Notes: a model not told the origin generated them from the letters alone. DNA of 64,000 nucleotides from Opitutia bacterium (GCA_003558065.1 PWMU01000188.1:14936-78935), one strand, 5' to 3'; positions 1 to 9,987 are shown, counted from the first letter of the stretch. Program-made: numbers and translations.

Positions 1-402
1 GAGATCTCCCAGAACGACAAACAGCTCCGCGCGGAACGCCTCCTCGTGCCACGGTTCTCCCTTTTCCGCCGCACCGCGGAAAATGTCGGATAATTCGGAT
101 ACGCGGTCCTCGGCCAGGTAAGCGAGGGAAAGCTCAGGCACCGCTTCGAGCCGGTCCATAAAAGCCTCCTTGGATTCAAACGCTTCGCGATGAAACTCCG
201 CGGATTCGTAAAAAGAAGGAATCGGCGGTTCGGGCGCATCGGCGGCCGTCAGCGTTATTCCCGCGGAAAGAAAGAGCGCCGCGAGGAGGCCAAGGGCGGC
301 GCAAAAGGTTGTCCGGCGACGCTCGGAGCGAGGCGGGACCGAGGGCCTATGGAGAAAGCGACGATTGAGACCGAACTTCGAGAGAATTGAAGGGAACGAC
401 AT
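1..402 (-). CDS. hypothetical secreted protein, partial (C-terminus beyond window start)
   Basis: My own minus-strand translation from the ATG at 400-402 gives MSFPSILSKFGLNRRFLHRPSVPPRSERRRTTFCAALGLLAALFLSAGITLTAADAP... It has a hydrophobic signal-like segment and stays open to position 1. It is absent from the ORF track because no stop lies inside the window. Confidence 0.4.
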   Translation of the reverse strand, partial: MSFPSILSKFGLNRRFLHRPSVPPRSERRRTTFCAALGLLAALFLSAGITLTAADAPEPPIPSFYESAEFHREAFESKEAFMDRLEAVPELSLAYLAEDRVSELSDIFRGAAEKGEPWHEEAFRAELFVVLGDL

Positions 403-589
403 ATACGGTTAATTCAGTTTTTCCGGAGGCGAAACCGCCCCCCCGGACGGCGCCCTGCAAACACTACCCCAACAACGCCGCGCCGGAATTGCAAGGGCAA
501 GGAAGCACCCCGGTGCCCTGGGATACCTCCGGCGAAACCGGATGAACTCGCCGTCGCCCGGTTTTCGACTTAAGGGAGCGTGAATCCAG

Positions 590-3109
590 TCACTGACCCG
601 GCGACACCAGATCGCTCGTCACCGGATCCGACGCAAAGCGCAGTATGCCGGCCCCCTGGACCGGCAGGCAGCAATAGAGCTGGGTGTCGAGATTCCGCGG
701 ACCGTAATAAGCGACTTCCAGATAATCGAACAGCGCATCGACCGCATGGGCCTCGGCCAGGATCATCACACAGCCGCCGAGCCCGGCCCCGGAAAGCTGT
801 GCCCCGACCACCCCGGGAAAGGCCGCCGCGTAATCAACGAGGGCGTCGATTTCCCGGGTGCTGCAGGCATAAGTACCGTGCTGATAGAGAAGGTCCGCTC
901 CGTTTGAAGCCATCGTTTCCAGGGTATCATCATCGAAATTCACCGAAAACACGCTCGGGGCGCTTCCATTGATCCCGCCCGCCACACGGTCGCCGTCGTG
1001 GCTGAGTGCCATCAGGCGCCCGGCCTCGCGCAGATCGCCCTCCGAAAGGACCCGCGCGAACGCCTCGCTGCGCATGCATTCGCTGAGCCCGTACAAAAGG
1101 ATTCCCCGAAGGTCATACGGACCGATATCCGCGTGGGACGTGAAGAGATGTTCCAGGCGTTCCCGCTCCGAACCGGTGCACATCCCGCGGAGGTCGTCGC
1201 GAGTCGGATGGTTCGGCAGCAGCTTCAGTGCCCGGTAGATGTCCGCCGCGCACACCTTGAGCCGGCTGGGACAGAGATCCCGCAGATGCTTCATGCCCCC
1301 GGCCGCCGGCCAGCGTTTCTTCAGAATCATCTGGCCGATTTCATACGACGCGATGCGATGGTTGAAAGCATCCTTGGCCCCCGCGCTTTTCCTGGCCTCA
1401 AGGCCGCTGTGAGCGATCACGACACGCAGGTGATCGGCCACCGGAACCTGTTGTTTGAATTCGACCGGAAAGAAGCCGATCCGTGTGATCGATCCGATGC
1501 GGCTGGTCCTGATGGCGGCGTGATCCCCGTTTCCGCCCCGCGAGCCGACAAACCACTCTCCCTCACCGCACAGGTCGATCAAATCGGCGATCTTGACGTC
1601 GAGACTGTTGAAGGCAATCGCGGCCTCCGCAAAGGCCACCACAAGCGCGGAACTCGACGAGAGGCCGGCTCCCATCGGAATGTTTCCGCCAACCACGCAG
1701 TCCATACCCTTCAGGGGAATGCCGCGCGCCTCATGCTGCAATCGAAGCAGGGGAGCGCGCGCATAGTGGCTCCAATCGCCGGGTGCGTCGTGAAGCACCT
1801 CGCGGACCGTGTGTGAATCCACAAAATCGAGCCATGTCTCCCAATCGGTGGAATCGAGCATCTCGCGGATGTGGAACTCCCGGTCCGGGAACCCGGGGTT
1901 CAGATTGTGCAGGTTGACGCAATCATCGCTCCGCGGAGCGGCCACGACGATCACTTCCCGGCTGATGGCCATCACATTGATGTCACCGCCCCGGTGCTCG
2001 ATGTGACGGCCCATCAGGTTGATCCTGCCCGGGGCCCGGCAAATCAGGATCTCCCGGTCCGCTCCGTAGCGTTCCACAAAACGCTCGAGCACCCGGACGA
2101 TCTGTACCGACTGTTCCTCAATCGCGTCACTTTGCGCCCCGTAAAGAGAACTGAGCACTGAATACACCTCTGTGTTGCCGTCGTTCAGCCTATGCAGCCA
2201 CTCGCCGGCTGTATGCAAATGCTCGTTTACCGGCCGCGGCTCATCGGCGAGGCGGACACGCCCGGCATTTTCCCTTTTGCGCAGCACCTCTTCGATTTCG
2301 ATCAGTTCCGCCGGTGTATTGAAGGCCATCAACTCCTCACCGTTCTCGACCTTCGACACGGCGATCCACTCACCCGCCCTGCGGATCAACCCGATCGTAT
2401 CGGTCAGGTAGAGCTCGCCTTGCGCATTGTCGGCATCAAGTTGTCCGAGCGCCCACGCGAGACGATCGAACCGAAAGCAGTAGAGAGACCCATTCCTCAA
2501 GAAAGGAGAGCGTCCGAGTTTTTCCGGGGAAATGGTTATGCCGCCCAACTCGACCGAACGGTTCCCCGCCCTGGCTTCTTCAATATCCTTTTTCTCAATA
2601 ATCCCCAGAATCTGATGGCGGTCATCCAGAACAATGCGGCCGGCCCCCGTTCCCTCTTCAAAGGGAAGCGTGGCCACAGCGGCACTGGCACCCTGATCGT
2701 TGAACCTGCCCAGCAGATTGCTCATCACCCTGGGCGCAACCAGCTTGTCGCCCATGGTAACCACGACGTTTCCCTGAAACCCCTGGGCTTCGAGAGCTCG
2801 AACCGCGACCTGGGCCGCGTGGCCGGTGCCCCTGGGCTCGGACTGGAAAACAAACATCACTTCAGGAAACTCCGCGGAAACAGTCGCGATCACCTGCGCG
2901 GCCATCTGGCCGACCACGACAACAAAGTGGCGGATCCCGGCCTGCCTGTAGGCGTCGATTGCGCGGCAAATTGCCGGCCGGCCGAGAATCGGAAAACAAA
3001 CCTTATGGGTGTCCTCCGAAGCCATGCGTTTCCCGCAGCCTCCCGCCAGAATAATGCAGGCGGTGCTCTTCAAGGTTGTTCCGTTGGTGTGGACAGGATG
3101 AGTATTCAT
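590..3109 (-). CDS. fusion protein: sugar-1-phosphate nucleotidylyltransferase (N-terminal) + GHMP-family sugar kinase (C-terminal)
   Basis: ORF 590..3190. N-terminal NTP-transferase motif ACIILAGGCGKRM. Galactokinase-type signature GRINLMGRHIEHRGGDINVMAI. GHMP ATP motif PMGAGLSSSSALVVAF. The start is more likely MNTHPV (ATG ending at 3109) than 3190. Confidence 0.8.
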   Translation of the reverse strand: MNTHPVHTNGTTLKSTACIILAGGCGKRMASEDTHKVCFPILGRPAICRAIDAYRQAGIRHFVVVVGQMAAQVIATVSAEFPEVMFVFQSEPRGTGHAAQVAVRALEAQGFQGNVVVTMGDKLVAPRVMSNLLGRFNDQGASAAVATLPFEEGTGAGRIVLDDRHQILGIIEKKDIEEARAGNRSVELGGITISPEKLGRSPFLRNGSLYCFRFDRLAWALGQLDADNAQGELYLTDTIGLIRRAGEWIAVSKVENGEELMAFNTPAELIEIEEVLRKRENAGRVRLADEPRPVNEHLHTAGEWLHRLNDGNTEVYSVLSSLYGAQSDAIEEQSVQIVRVLERFVERYGADREILICRAPGRINLMGRHIEHRGGDINVMAISREVIVVAAPRSDDCVNLHNLNPGFPDREFHIREMLDSTDWETWLDFVDSHTVREVLHDAPGDWSHYARAPLLRLQHEARGIPLKGMDCVVGGNIPMGAGLSSSSALVVAFAEAAIAFNSLDVKIADLIDLCGEGEWFVGSRGGNGDHAAIRTSRIGSITRIGFFPVEFKQQVPVADHLRVVIAHSGLEARKSAGAKDAFNHRIASYEIGQMILKKRWPAAGGMKHLRDLCPSRLKVCAADIYRALKLLPNHPTRDDLRGMCTGSERERLEHLFTSHADIGPYDLRGILLYGLSECMRSEAFARVLSEGDLREAGRLMALSHDGDRVAGGINGSAPSVFSVNFDDDTLETMASNGADLLYQHGTYACSTREIDALVDYAAAFPGVVGAQLSGAGLGGCVMILAEAHAVDALFDYLEVAYYGPRNLDTQLYCCLPVQGAGILRFASDPVTSDLVSPGQ

Positions 3110-3414
3110 AAGTAGAAGTCTGAAACTTGAAATGATTAATGAGAGAGGATGTGAAACCGGTTGTGGGAGATCCCCGAAAAACGGCTGCAAAGCCTGGTGG
3201 AAGCAGTTATACGATCCGCGCTTCTTGGAGGATCATCATGATGCAAAACGCCGCCGTTGGAAATCGGGGAAAGGCGTTCCCTCGACTAATGGTGGAACCT
3301 ATAATTCTATAGGGGTTGTTTGCGCATCGGCACTCAGGCGTTACCGGCTCAGAGATTCACACAGGGATTGGTTAGGGCTCGCGCCCTGCAGGCGGGCCGG
3401 GGTAGGTTGAGTCC

Positions 3415-4161
3415 ATGGAAACGCTTGAGCCGGAACCGCACCCGCGCCTTTCCACCATCACCTTCGATGTCGGAGGCACACTCCTCTCTCCCGACCCGAG
3501 CGTGGGAGCGGTCTACGCGGAAGTATTCGCCAGGCACGGGGTGGCGGCGGGTGCCCGCGAAATCGAGGCTGCTTTTCAACGCGCCTGGAAGACCGTTGCC
3601 GGGGAGACAGGGGGGCCGACCGACGAGGCGAACGAAATCGGAAAATGGCGGCGCCTGGTGAACGCAACCTTGAGGGACCTGCCCCAGCCGAGGCACTTTG
3701 ATTCTCTGTTCGAGGAACTCTGGCACACCTTTTCCGAACCGCGGCGATGGCGCCTCCGCGAGCATACCCGCGAGGTACTTTGCGAATTGCGGGAACGGGG
3801 GATTCAGCTCGCGGTTCTTTCCAACTGGGACAGCCGCCTTCGGCCCCTGCTCAAGGGATTCGGGCTGATCCGCTACTTCGAGACCCTGTTCATCTCCGCT
3901 GAAATCGGCTGGGAAAAGCCGGATCTCCGGATCTTTCGCGCGGTCGAAGACACGCTGTCCGTCAAGCCGTCGGAGATACTTCACCTCGGCGACTGTCCGC
4001 ACAGCGATGCGGCGCCAGCCCGGGCCGCAGGCTGGCGCAGCCTTCTGATCCGCGACGAAACCGGCACAAACGGCGTCACCGGACCGGAGATCACCGATCT
4101 GCGTGAGCTCCTGATGCTGGTTACCGGAAACACGAATCCGCGACCGCCCGACCCCAGGTGA
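3415..4161 (+). CDS. HAD-superfamily hydrolase (subfamily IA-like)
   Basis: Motif I region ITFDVGGTLL, then LSNWDSRL, EKPDLRIF and HLGDCPHSD. Confidence 0.8.
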   Translation: METLEPEPHPRLSTITFDVGGTLLSPDPSVGAVYAEVFARHGVAAGAREIEAAFQRAWKTVAGETGGPTDEANEIGKWRRLVNATLRDLPQPRHFDSLFEELWHTFSEPRRWRLREHTREVLCELRERGIQLAVLSNWDSRLRPLLKGFGLIRYFETLFISAEIGWEKPDLRIFRAVEDTLSVKPSEILHLGDCPHSDAAPARAAGWRSLLIRDETGTNGVTGPEITDLRELLMLVTGNTNPRPPDPR

Positions 4162-4231
4162 CGCCTCCCCTGCGCGTTTTACGCACCGTTTCACGGTCGA
4201 GGGACCAACCCCGGAACCCGCCCCCTTTCCC

Positions 4232-5080
4232 CTACCCTCGCTTCCTGTAGGCGCTCGGTGAATACCCGGTCTTTTCCTTGAACTGCTTGGAAAAGAAAAA
4301 GACGTCGTCGTAACCGAGCACGCCGGCGATCCCGCTGATGGAGAGCGAGGACTCGGACAGGAGCTGACGGGCACGTTCTACCCGGGCATGGATCTTGAGG
4401 GCCTGGGGAGTCTGACCTATGACTTCCTTGAAAACCCGGGCGAAATGATCCGGACTGTAGCCCGATTCCCGGGCCAGATCCCGGACCTGCGGAGCATCGC
4501 CGGGACTCTCGTAAATTCGCGCCACTTGTTTGAGAATGGTCTCCCTGTGATGATGAACCAATTCGGCGCTTCCCCCGGCACGGACCGCGGCCGTACCGCT
4601 TTCCATCTCCCGAAGGACGGCATTCATGAGCAATTCGGGAACTCCAGGCGCGTTCCCGGCTTTCGGTTCACCGCCCATGCGGGCCCGGCGTTTGAGTTGA
4701 ATAATCCGACTCGTCACCGCATCGAAATAGGCGACCTCCTCGATGTCACTGACTTCGCAGGGGATCTCCGGCGAATCAACCAGAGGCCGGCCGGAGCCGT
4801 CGTACAGCATGAAGTGGAGGTAATTGACTCCCAGTCTGTCGGACTCGTCCTGGCTGGCTTCGTACCGTCCGCCGGGACGCATCCAAAGGCAAATCCCCGG
4901 GCGAAGGATAATCTCGCCCATGCGGGTCTCCATACGCCCGCGGCCCGCCCAGACAAACCACAGGTCAAAGTCCCTGAGGTTCCGCGACCATTCGGGACCG
5001 AGCCGCCAGCCTGGCTCGCAACGGACCCGGGCCGAACGCGAAAGCCGCACCGTGGTGTGCTCCCAGTCAATCCCCTTCAT
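4232..5080 (-). CDS. AraC-family transcriptional regulator
   Basis: C-terminal double HTH: LARESGYSPDHFARVFKEVIGQTPQ...ISGIAGVLGYDDVFFFSKQFKEKTGYSPSAYRK. Confidence 0.85.
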   Translation of the reverse strand: MKGIDWEHTTVRLSRSARVRCEPGWRLGPEWSRNLRDFDLWFVWAGRGRMETRMGEIILRPGICLWMRPGGRYEASQDESDRLGVNYLHFMLYDGSGRPLVDSPEIPCEVSDIEEVAYFDAVTSRIIQLKRRARMGGEPKAGNAPGVPELLMNAVLREMESGTAAVRAGGSAELVHHHRETILKQVARIYESPGDAPQVRDLARESGYSPDHFARVFKEVIGQTPQALKIHARVERARQLLSESSLSISGIAGVLGYDDVFFFSKQFKEKTGYSPSAYRKRG

Positions 5081-5194
5081 TACATCGGAAAACTACAAAA
5101 CTTTATCGCCTGAATCGATGGAAATCGCGCATAAGCCGTGTTAATTTGCGATCAGCGAATACCTAAACGGAAACTCGAAACCGATTTATTACAA

Positions 5195-6082
5195 ATGGCC
5201 ACCACAGAAAAACGAACCTCCGGGCTTCCCGGGAACGAAGGACGCTTCGACTCGGGCGCCGAGATGCACGCTCCGGATCTTTACGATCATGACGCGATCG
5301 CGGACAAGATCGACGGACTCGACGGCATCACCGACGAGCACCTCGCCCTTTACAAGGAACAGGGATACCTGGCGGTCGAGAACGCGTTCACACCCGAAGA
5401 AATCGAAGCGGGACTGGCCGGCCTGATTCACCTGATCATGGGCGGGAATCCCGACTTCGAGGGGATCATGTTCGAAGCCAGGGCGCAGAAGATCCTGTCC
5501 ACGCTCGGCCCCGAAGCCCGACAGGACGCGGTACGAAAACTGATGTACTTCGTCGATTACGACGCCCGCCTGAAGGAATTATCCCACCACCGCAAGTTGA
5601 TCGACGTCGTCGAACGAATCGCGGGCGAACGCGTCGGCCTGTTCCAGGACATGGCTTTGCTTAAGCCGCCCCGCATGGGGCGGGAAAAGCCCTGGCACCA
5701 GGACCATGCCTACTTTGACTTCCCGCTGGACACCACCGTGGTCGGCGTGTGGATCGCGCTCGACGAAGCCACCCTGGACAACGGGTGTATGCGGGTTCTC
5801 GCCGGACGGCACAGAGCGGGTCCGGTGGTTCATTTCAAACGGCGCGACTGGCAGATCTGCGACACGGACATCAAAGGCAAGGACGGAGTGGTGGCGGTTC
5901 CCCTGAAGCCCGGCGGCCTCCTGCTGTTCGACGGCCTCCTGCCGCACGGAACTCCCCACAACAACTCGCCCGCGCGACGGCGTGCCCTGCAGTTTCACTA
6001 CCGGAACGAGAGCTCCCGGAAATGGAGCCAGGAAGAACGACTGGCGATCTTCGGCAGCGAGGGCAAAGACGTGGAGTGCTGA
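5195..6082 (+). CDS. phytanoyl-CoA dioxygenase (PhyH) family Fe(II)/2-oxoglutarate oxygenase
   Basis: The PWHQDHAYF (HxD) and LLPHGTPHN motifs are typical of PhyH-like proteins. The start is taken at MATTEKR (ATG 5195) inside ORF 5138..6082. Confidence 0.75.
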   Translation: MATTEKRTSGLPGNEGRFDSGAEMHAPDLYDHDAIADKIDGLDGITDEHLALYKEQGYLAVENAFTPEEIEAGLAGLIHLIMGGNPDFEGIMFEARAQKILSTLGPEARQDAVRKLMYFVDYDARLKELSHHRKLIDVVERIAGERVGLFQDMALLKPPRMGREKPWHQDHAYFDFPLDTTVVGVWIALDEATLDNGCMRVLAGRHRAGPVVHFKRRDWQICDTDIKGKDGVVAVPLKPGGLLLFDGLLPHGTPHNNSPARRRALQFHYRNESSRKWSQEERLAIFGSEGKDVEC

Positions 6083-6193
6083 GGGCGTACCCGGGGGGAA
6101 GGTGGTCGGATTGCCGCCCGCGGAACGGATCCGTACCGGCAGAGGGGAACCCGGAGCACTGGAACCCGTCACTCAAAAACCTCCCGCCCCACT

Positions 6194-7654
6194 TCACAGG
6201 CCGAAGATTTTCATTATTCCGTTCCAGAAACCCGACCACAGGCGTTTGGCGCCATGTTCTTTCTGACGCTCGGCGATTTCCTGGCAGATGAAGGTTCCCG
6301 TGCCGGTGAAGAGATCGTCAAAGAGCGGGTTTCGTCCGCGGAAAAACGACCAGAAGGTCTCGGCACGAACAGCGTGATACTGAAGCTGGGGAGTGAAACC
6401 GATCGTGGCGCTCTGATTGGTGCGGCGCGCGCGACGGGTTTCGCGCGTCACATTCTCCAATTGTTCGGTACGAACCCCCCGCTTGCCCCAGACCACCAGG
6501 CGGCACGGCCCCCGGAACTCGAAGTAGCGGAAACGGAGCGTGATCCAGGCGTGAACCGAAAAGATCCTCCAGTAGCGGCGGATTTCCATACGTTGTCCGG
6601 GCGGAAGAATGACCCCGGCGAGGAACCGGGGACGCAGCACGAGAGCGCCCCCTTCCGGGACATCGATCAGGGCAAGTTCCGTCGTCGGTTCCTCCTGAGT
6701 GGACAGAGTGATGCTGTAGGTCTCCTTCTCGCTTGGATTCCGCATCCGGAGCAACTCGACCAGGCCGCAGGCCAGGCAACTGAGGGGGACCCGCCAATTG
6801 AAGACGAACTTGGTGCGCCGCCGGACCCCTTCGTCCGACGCCTGCAGAAACTTCTCCTTGATCAGCAGCGTCTCGCCCGGTTTCAGTTCGACGCTCTGCG
6901 AAACGCGGCTGGATGAACCCCGGACCGCGGGCAGCAACTCCCGCCGCAACAACACGGCGGGCGTCAGGCGCAGCAACGGCGCCCAGACAAAAAACAGCGT
7001 TCCCTTGAAAAACCAGGGCCCGGCGACAAGCATACCGAGGCCCACCAGAACCGGCAGCCGCACCGTTTCCCATGATCGGGCCGCGTAATGAACCAAATCC
7101 GGGTCCCCGCTGTCCAGTTCCGCCCGGTTCGTACGCACCGCGATAATACTCCTCTCGGTCGATTCGACCTCATCGGCCAGCCGGTCGCGTCGTTCCTCCA
7201 TTTCCCGGAGACGCGCCGACGCTTCCTGTTCCTGCTCCTCCGCGCGGGCCAATTCCTCCTCACGCCGCTCCCGCTGCTCGCGACTGGCAAAAAGGCGGTC
7301 CCACAAACCGAGCGCCGACCGGATCCGGTGAGCCCGCCGCTGGGCTTCGTTCAATTGCATCTGAGCCTCGGTGAGTTCGTGGCGCACTTCCGAAAGCCGG
7401 GACTCCAATTCCTGACGCACCGCCAGCAATCGTTGCTCCTCCTCCATGAAACGTTCGATCGCCCGGTTGCGATCCACATCGACACCCCTGTTGTCCTGGA
7501 GGTAATAAAAAGCCCCCAACCCGCCGACGAGCACCGCGACCGCAAAGCATAGAGGCAGCACGTAATAAACCAGCCAACCGACTACTTTAGAAAGTAGGAT
7601 CCACACCGCTAAGATGACCTCCGGCTTTCCAGGCGTTTTCGAACCATCCACCAA
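6194..7654 (-). CDS. membrane-anchored coiled-coil protein with beta-rich C-terminal domain (function unknown)
   Basis: 486-aa ORF. It has two N-terminal hydrophobic helices (ILAVWILLSKVVGWLVYYVLPLCFAVAVLVGGLGAFYY), a long E/R-rich helical segment, another hydrophobic pair, then a beta-rich domain. The overlapping antisense ORFs look like GC-driven artefacts. Confidence 0.6.
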   Translation of the reverse strand: MVDGSKTPGKPEVILAVWILLSKVVGWLVYYVLPLCFAVAVLVGGLGAFYYLQDNRGVDVDRNRAIERFMEEEQRLLAVRQELESRLSEVRHELTEAQMQLNEAQRRAHRIRSALGLWDRLFASREQRERREEELARAEEQEQEASARLREMEERRDRLADEVESTERSIIAVRTNRAELDSGDPDLVHYAARSWETVRLPVLVGLGMLVAGPWFFKGTLFFVWAPLLRLTPAVLLRRELLPAVRGSSSRVSQSVELKPGETLLIKEKFLQASDEGVRRRTKFVFNWRVPLSCLACGLVELLRMRNPSEKETYSITLSTQEEPTTELALIDVPEGGALVLRPRFLAGVILPPGQRMEIRRYWRIFSVHAWITLRFRYFEFRGPCRLVVWGKRGVRTEQLENVTRETRRARRTNQSATIGFTPQLQYHAVRAETFWSFFRGRNPLFDDLFTGTGTFICQEIAERQKEHGAKRLWSGFWNGIMKIFGL

Positions 7655-7663
7655 TTTAGCAGA

Positions 7664-8224
7664 TCAAGGGCCTTCTGGACAGTCATTTATGGGCCCCCTG
7701 CCGTGCGCCGCCGCGTGGGCGCGTGCCACTTCGATGTATTTCAGCGCGTAGTTACGGAGACTGCCCGAATCCTCCTCGGACAATGCTCGCACCACTTTGC
7801 CGGGGGAACCGAGCACGAGCGAACGCGGGGGGCATTGAAAGTGCGCGGTGACCAGGGTGTTGGCCCCGATCAGCGACCCGTCGCCGATCTCGGCGCCGTC
7901 CAGCACTACGGCCCCCATCCCGACCAGGCATCCGGCTCCGATCCGGCAGGCATGGAGAATGGCACGGTGCCCGACTGTTGTGTACGGGCCGACCTCCACG
8001 CCAGTGTCGTCCGACAGGTGCACCACGGTGCCGTCCTGCAGGTTGCAGCCCTCTTCAATCCGGATGCGGTTGATGTCGGCCCGGAGCACGGCCCCATACC
8101 AGACGCTGGTCAACGGCGCCAGGAAAACATCTCCCAGAACGGTCGCGTTCGGCGCGATAAAAAGAGCGCTGTCGATCACCGGCGCCCTGCCGAGGAAACG
8201 TTCAAGCCGTTGATTGAGTTCCAT
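7664..8224 (-). CDS. gamma-carbonic-anhydrase-like / hexapeptide-repeat (LbH) protein
   Basis: FIAPNATVLGDVFLAPLTSVWYGAVLRADINRIRIEEGCNLQDGTVVH and repeated hexapeptide periodicity. Confidence 0.85.
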   Translation of the reverse strand: MELNQRLERFLGRAPVIDSALFIAPNATVLGDVFLAPLTSVWYGAVLRADINRIRIEEGCNLQDGTVVHLSDDTGVEVGPYTTVGHRAILHACRIGAGCLVGMGAVVLDGAEIGDGSLIGANTLVTAHFQCPPRSLVLGSPGKVVRALSEEDSGSLRNYALKYIEVARAHAAAHGRGPINDCPEGP

Positions 8225-8235
8225 TCGGCCGTTGC

Positions 8236-8896
8236 CTAACGGACGTACGCATAAAGCGAAAAGGCGCGCGGATTGGAGACTTCGGGGGTTGTTCGAAGGA
8301 AAATGACGGTGCGCTCCGGTTCGCCGATATTGAGGGGGGTGATCTCGAGACGGTACCGTTTATCCGTTTCCTCGTCTTCGATCACTTTCACCTCAAAGTT
8401 CTCGCTCTCGACTTCGACTTCCTCCAACTCGAAGGGCGAGTCGGGGTGAAAGGCGACGTCCACCGTCTGGGTGTCGGGGTTCGCGTCGCGCCTCCAGCTC
8501 AGAAAGCGCGGTTCGAGGGTCAGCGCCCTGGGTATGTCGACCACCAGCTTCAGACGCTGGGTCGGCATGCTCGGGTCGTCGGTTTCAATGGCGATCGTAT
8601 TACTCCGCTCCCCCACCCGGTTTCCCACCGTAAAGATACCGGTGATCGCGCCTCCCTCGCCGGGTTCGTAGGTGCGTTTTTCGAGATCCGCAGTCGTGCA
8701 ACCGCAACTGCTGCTGATGTTGGTGATGGTGACGGCGTAGCCGCCGGTGTTCTCAAAAACAAAATCCTGCTCGATCTTTTCCGCGCCGTATTCAGCGTCG
8801 ACGCGGATTTCGTCCTTCTCGAACGAAAGCTGACCTGAAACGACCGAGGGAAGGAACAGGGCGATGAAAGCGAAAACAGTCTTCTCAAGTTTCATA
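8236..8896 (-). CDS. DUF1573-type secreted protein
   Basis: Signal peptide MKLEKTVFAFIALFLPSVVSG. The ISSSCGCTT motif context is typical of DUF1573. The start is at the ATG ending 8896; the upstream ORF extension to 9255 is R/S-rich and implausible. Confidence 0.75.
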
Positions 8897-8986
8897 AGCG
8901 AATGATTTACAATCGGGACAACAAAGGCTATTCTCAACGAAATCCGGTGCGAATGCAACAACAGACCCAACCGAATCCGCGACGGC

Positions 8987-9451
8987 ATGCAGGATACCAC
9001 TACGATTAACACCTTTTTTACGGAACGCGCACGGATTTTGCGCGAAATCCTGTTCCTCCTTTCTCTGCCCCTGTTATTGGCGGCGGGGTCGGCGCTGCTC
9101 CACCCCTCGGCGCCGTCGTGGTCGCAGGACGCTCTTGCCGAGGGCGAGGTCGATCTCGAAATCATCGACCGGTGGGAGGAAGACTTCCTGTGGGTCGATG
9201 CCCGTTCGCGAGAGGAGTACGAAGAGGCACACATCCCCGGAGCCCTGCTCCTCAATGAGGACGCATGGGACGACCTGCTATTCGATTTCTTCGACCGGTG
9301 GCACCCGGGAAAGAAGGTGGTTGTGTACTGCGGCAGCAGCGGCTGTCGCGCAAGCCATCAGGTGGCCGAACGGCTGCGTGATGAAACCGGCGACGACACC
9401 ATCCAAGTCCTTCAAGGCGGATGGGACACATGGCGGGAAGCAGAATCATGA
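8987..9451 (+). CDS. rhodanese-domain protein
   Basis: VDARSREEYEEAHIPGALLL...KKVVVYCGSSGCRASHQVAERL (active-site Cys loop). There is an N-terminal hydrophobic segment. Confidence 0.8.
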   Translation: MQDTTTINTFFTERARILREILFLLSLPLLLAAGSALLHPSAPSWSQDALAEGEVDLEIIDRWEEDFLWVDARSREEYEEAHIPGALLLNEDAWDDLLFDFFDRWHPGKKVVVYCGSSGCRASHQVAERLRDETGDDTIQVLQGGWDTWREAES

Positions 9452-9882
9452 TCCCGGCGATTCAATGGGGCTTGCGCCTGGTGCTGGGCGGCGTTTTCGT
9501 TTATGCCGGGGTCGTCAAGATTTACGATCCCGCCGGCTTTCTGGCCGACATCGAGTCCTATCGGCTCCTCCCTTATTTCGCGGCCGTGGCGACCGCGCTT
9601 TACCTCCCGTGGCTGGAGGTAGTCGCCGGCGCCGCTCTGTGGATTCGTAGAGCCTACCGGGGATCGCTTGCCATTCTGCTGGTGCTCACGTTTTTATTCG
9701 GCGTCTTCATCACCTCGGCGTGGATCCGGGGCCTGGATATTTCATGCGGGTGCTTCGGTGTCACCGACACCTCCGAAGCCAATTATCCGTGGCTCCTCAC
9801 CCGGGATGTTCTCATACTGCTCGGGCTGGCGTGCCTGGTCTGGTTTGAACAGGTCACCGGCCGGCGGATGTCCAACGGTTAG
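9448..9882 (+). CDS. MauE/DoxX-family membrane protein
   Basis: Four predicted TM helices and an SCGCFG motif. Its ATG overlaps the rhodanese stop (ATGA at 9448-9451), which suggests translational coupling. Confidence 0.7.
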   Translation: MIPAIQWGLRLVLGGVFVYAGVVKIYDPAGFLADIESYRLLPYFAAVATALYLPWLEVVAGAALWIRRAYRGSLAILLVLTFLFGVFITSAWIRGLDISCGCFGVTDTSEANYPWLLTRDVLILLGLACLVWFEQVTGRRMSNG

Positions 9883-9987
9883 CTTCATTGCCCGCTGAAA
9901 TCGATGGCATTCCGGTTAAAATTCCCGCGAAATGTGCGGGAAAGCGGTACAGGGAGGTTGCTGAATGACTTCAATACGACAGGTTAA

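Noticed and set aside
190-390. 66-aa + ORF at the window start
   Set aside because: It is antisense to the open minus-strand frame, which encodes a signal-peptide-bearing protein, and its product is R/G/K-rich.
998-3115. Long + strand ORFs (998..1816, 2192..3115 and others) overlapping the 590..3109 minus-strand gene
   Set aside because: They are antisense to a gene with clear NTP-transferase and GHMP motifs. Their products are R/P/G-rich with no motifs. This is the typical stop-poor reverse frame of GC-rich coding DNA.
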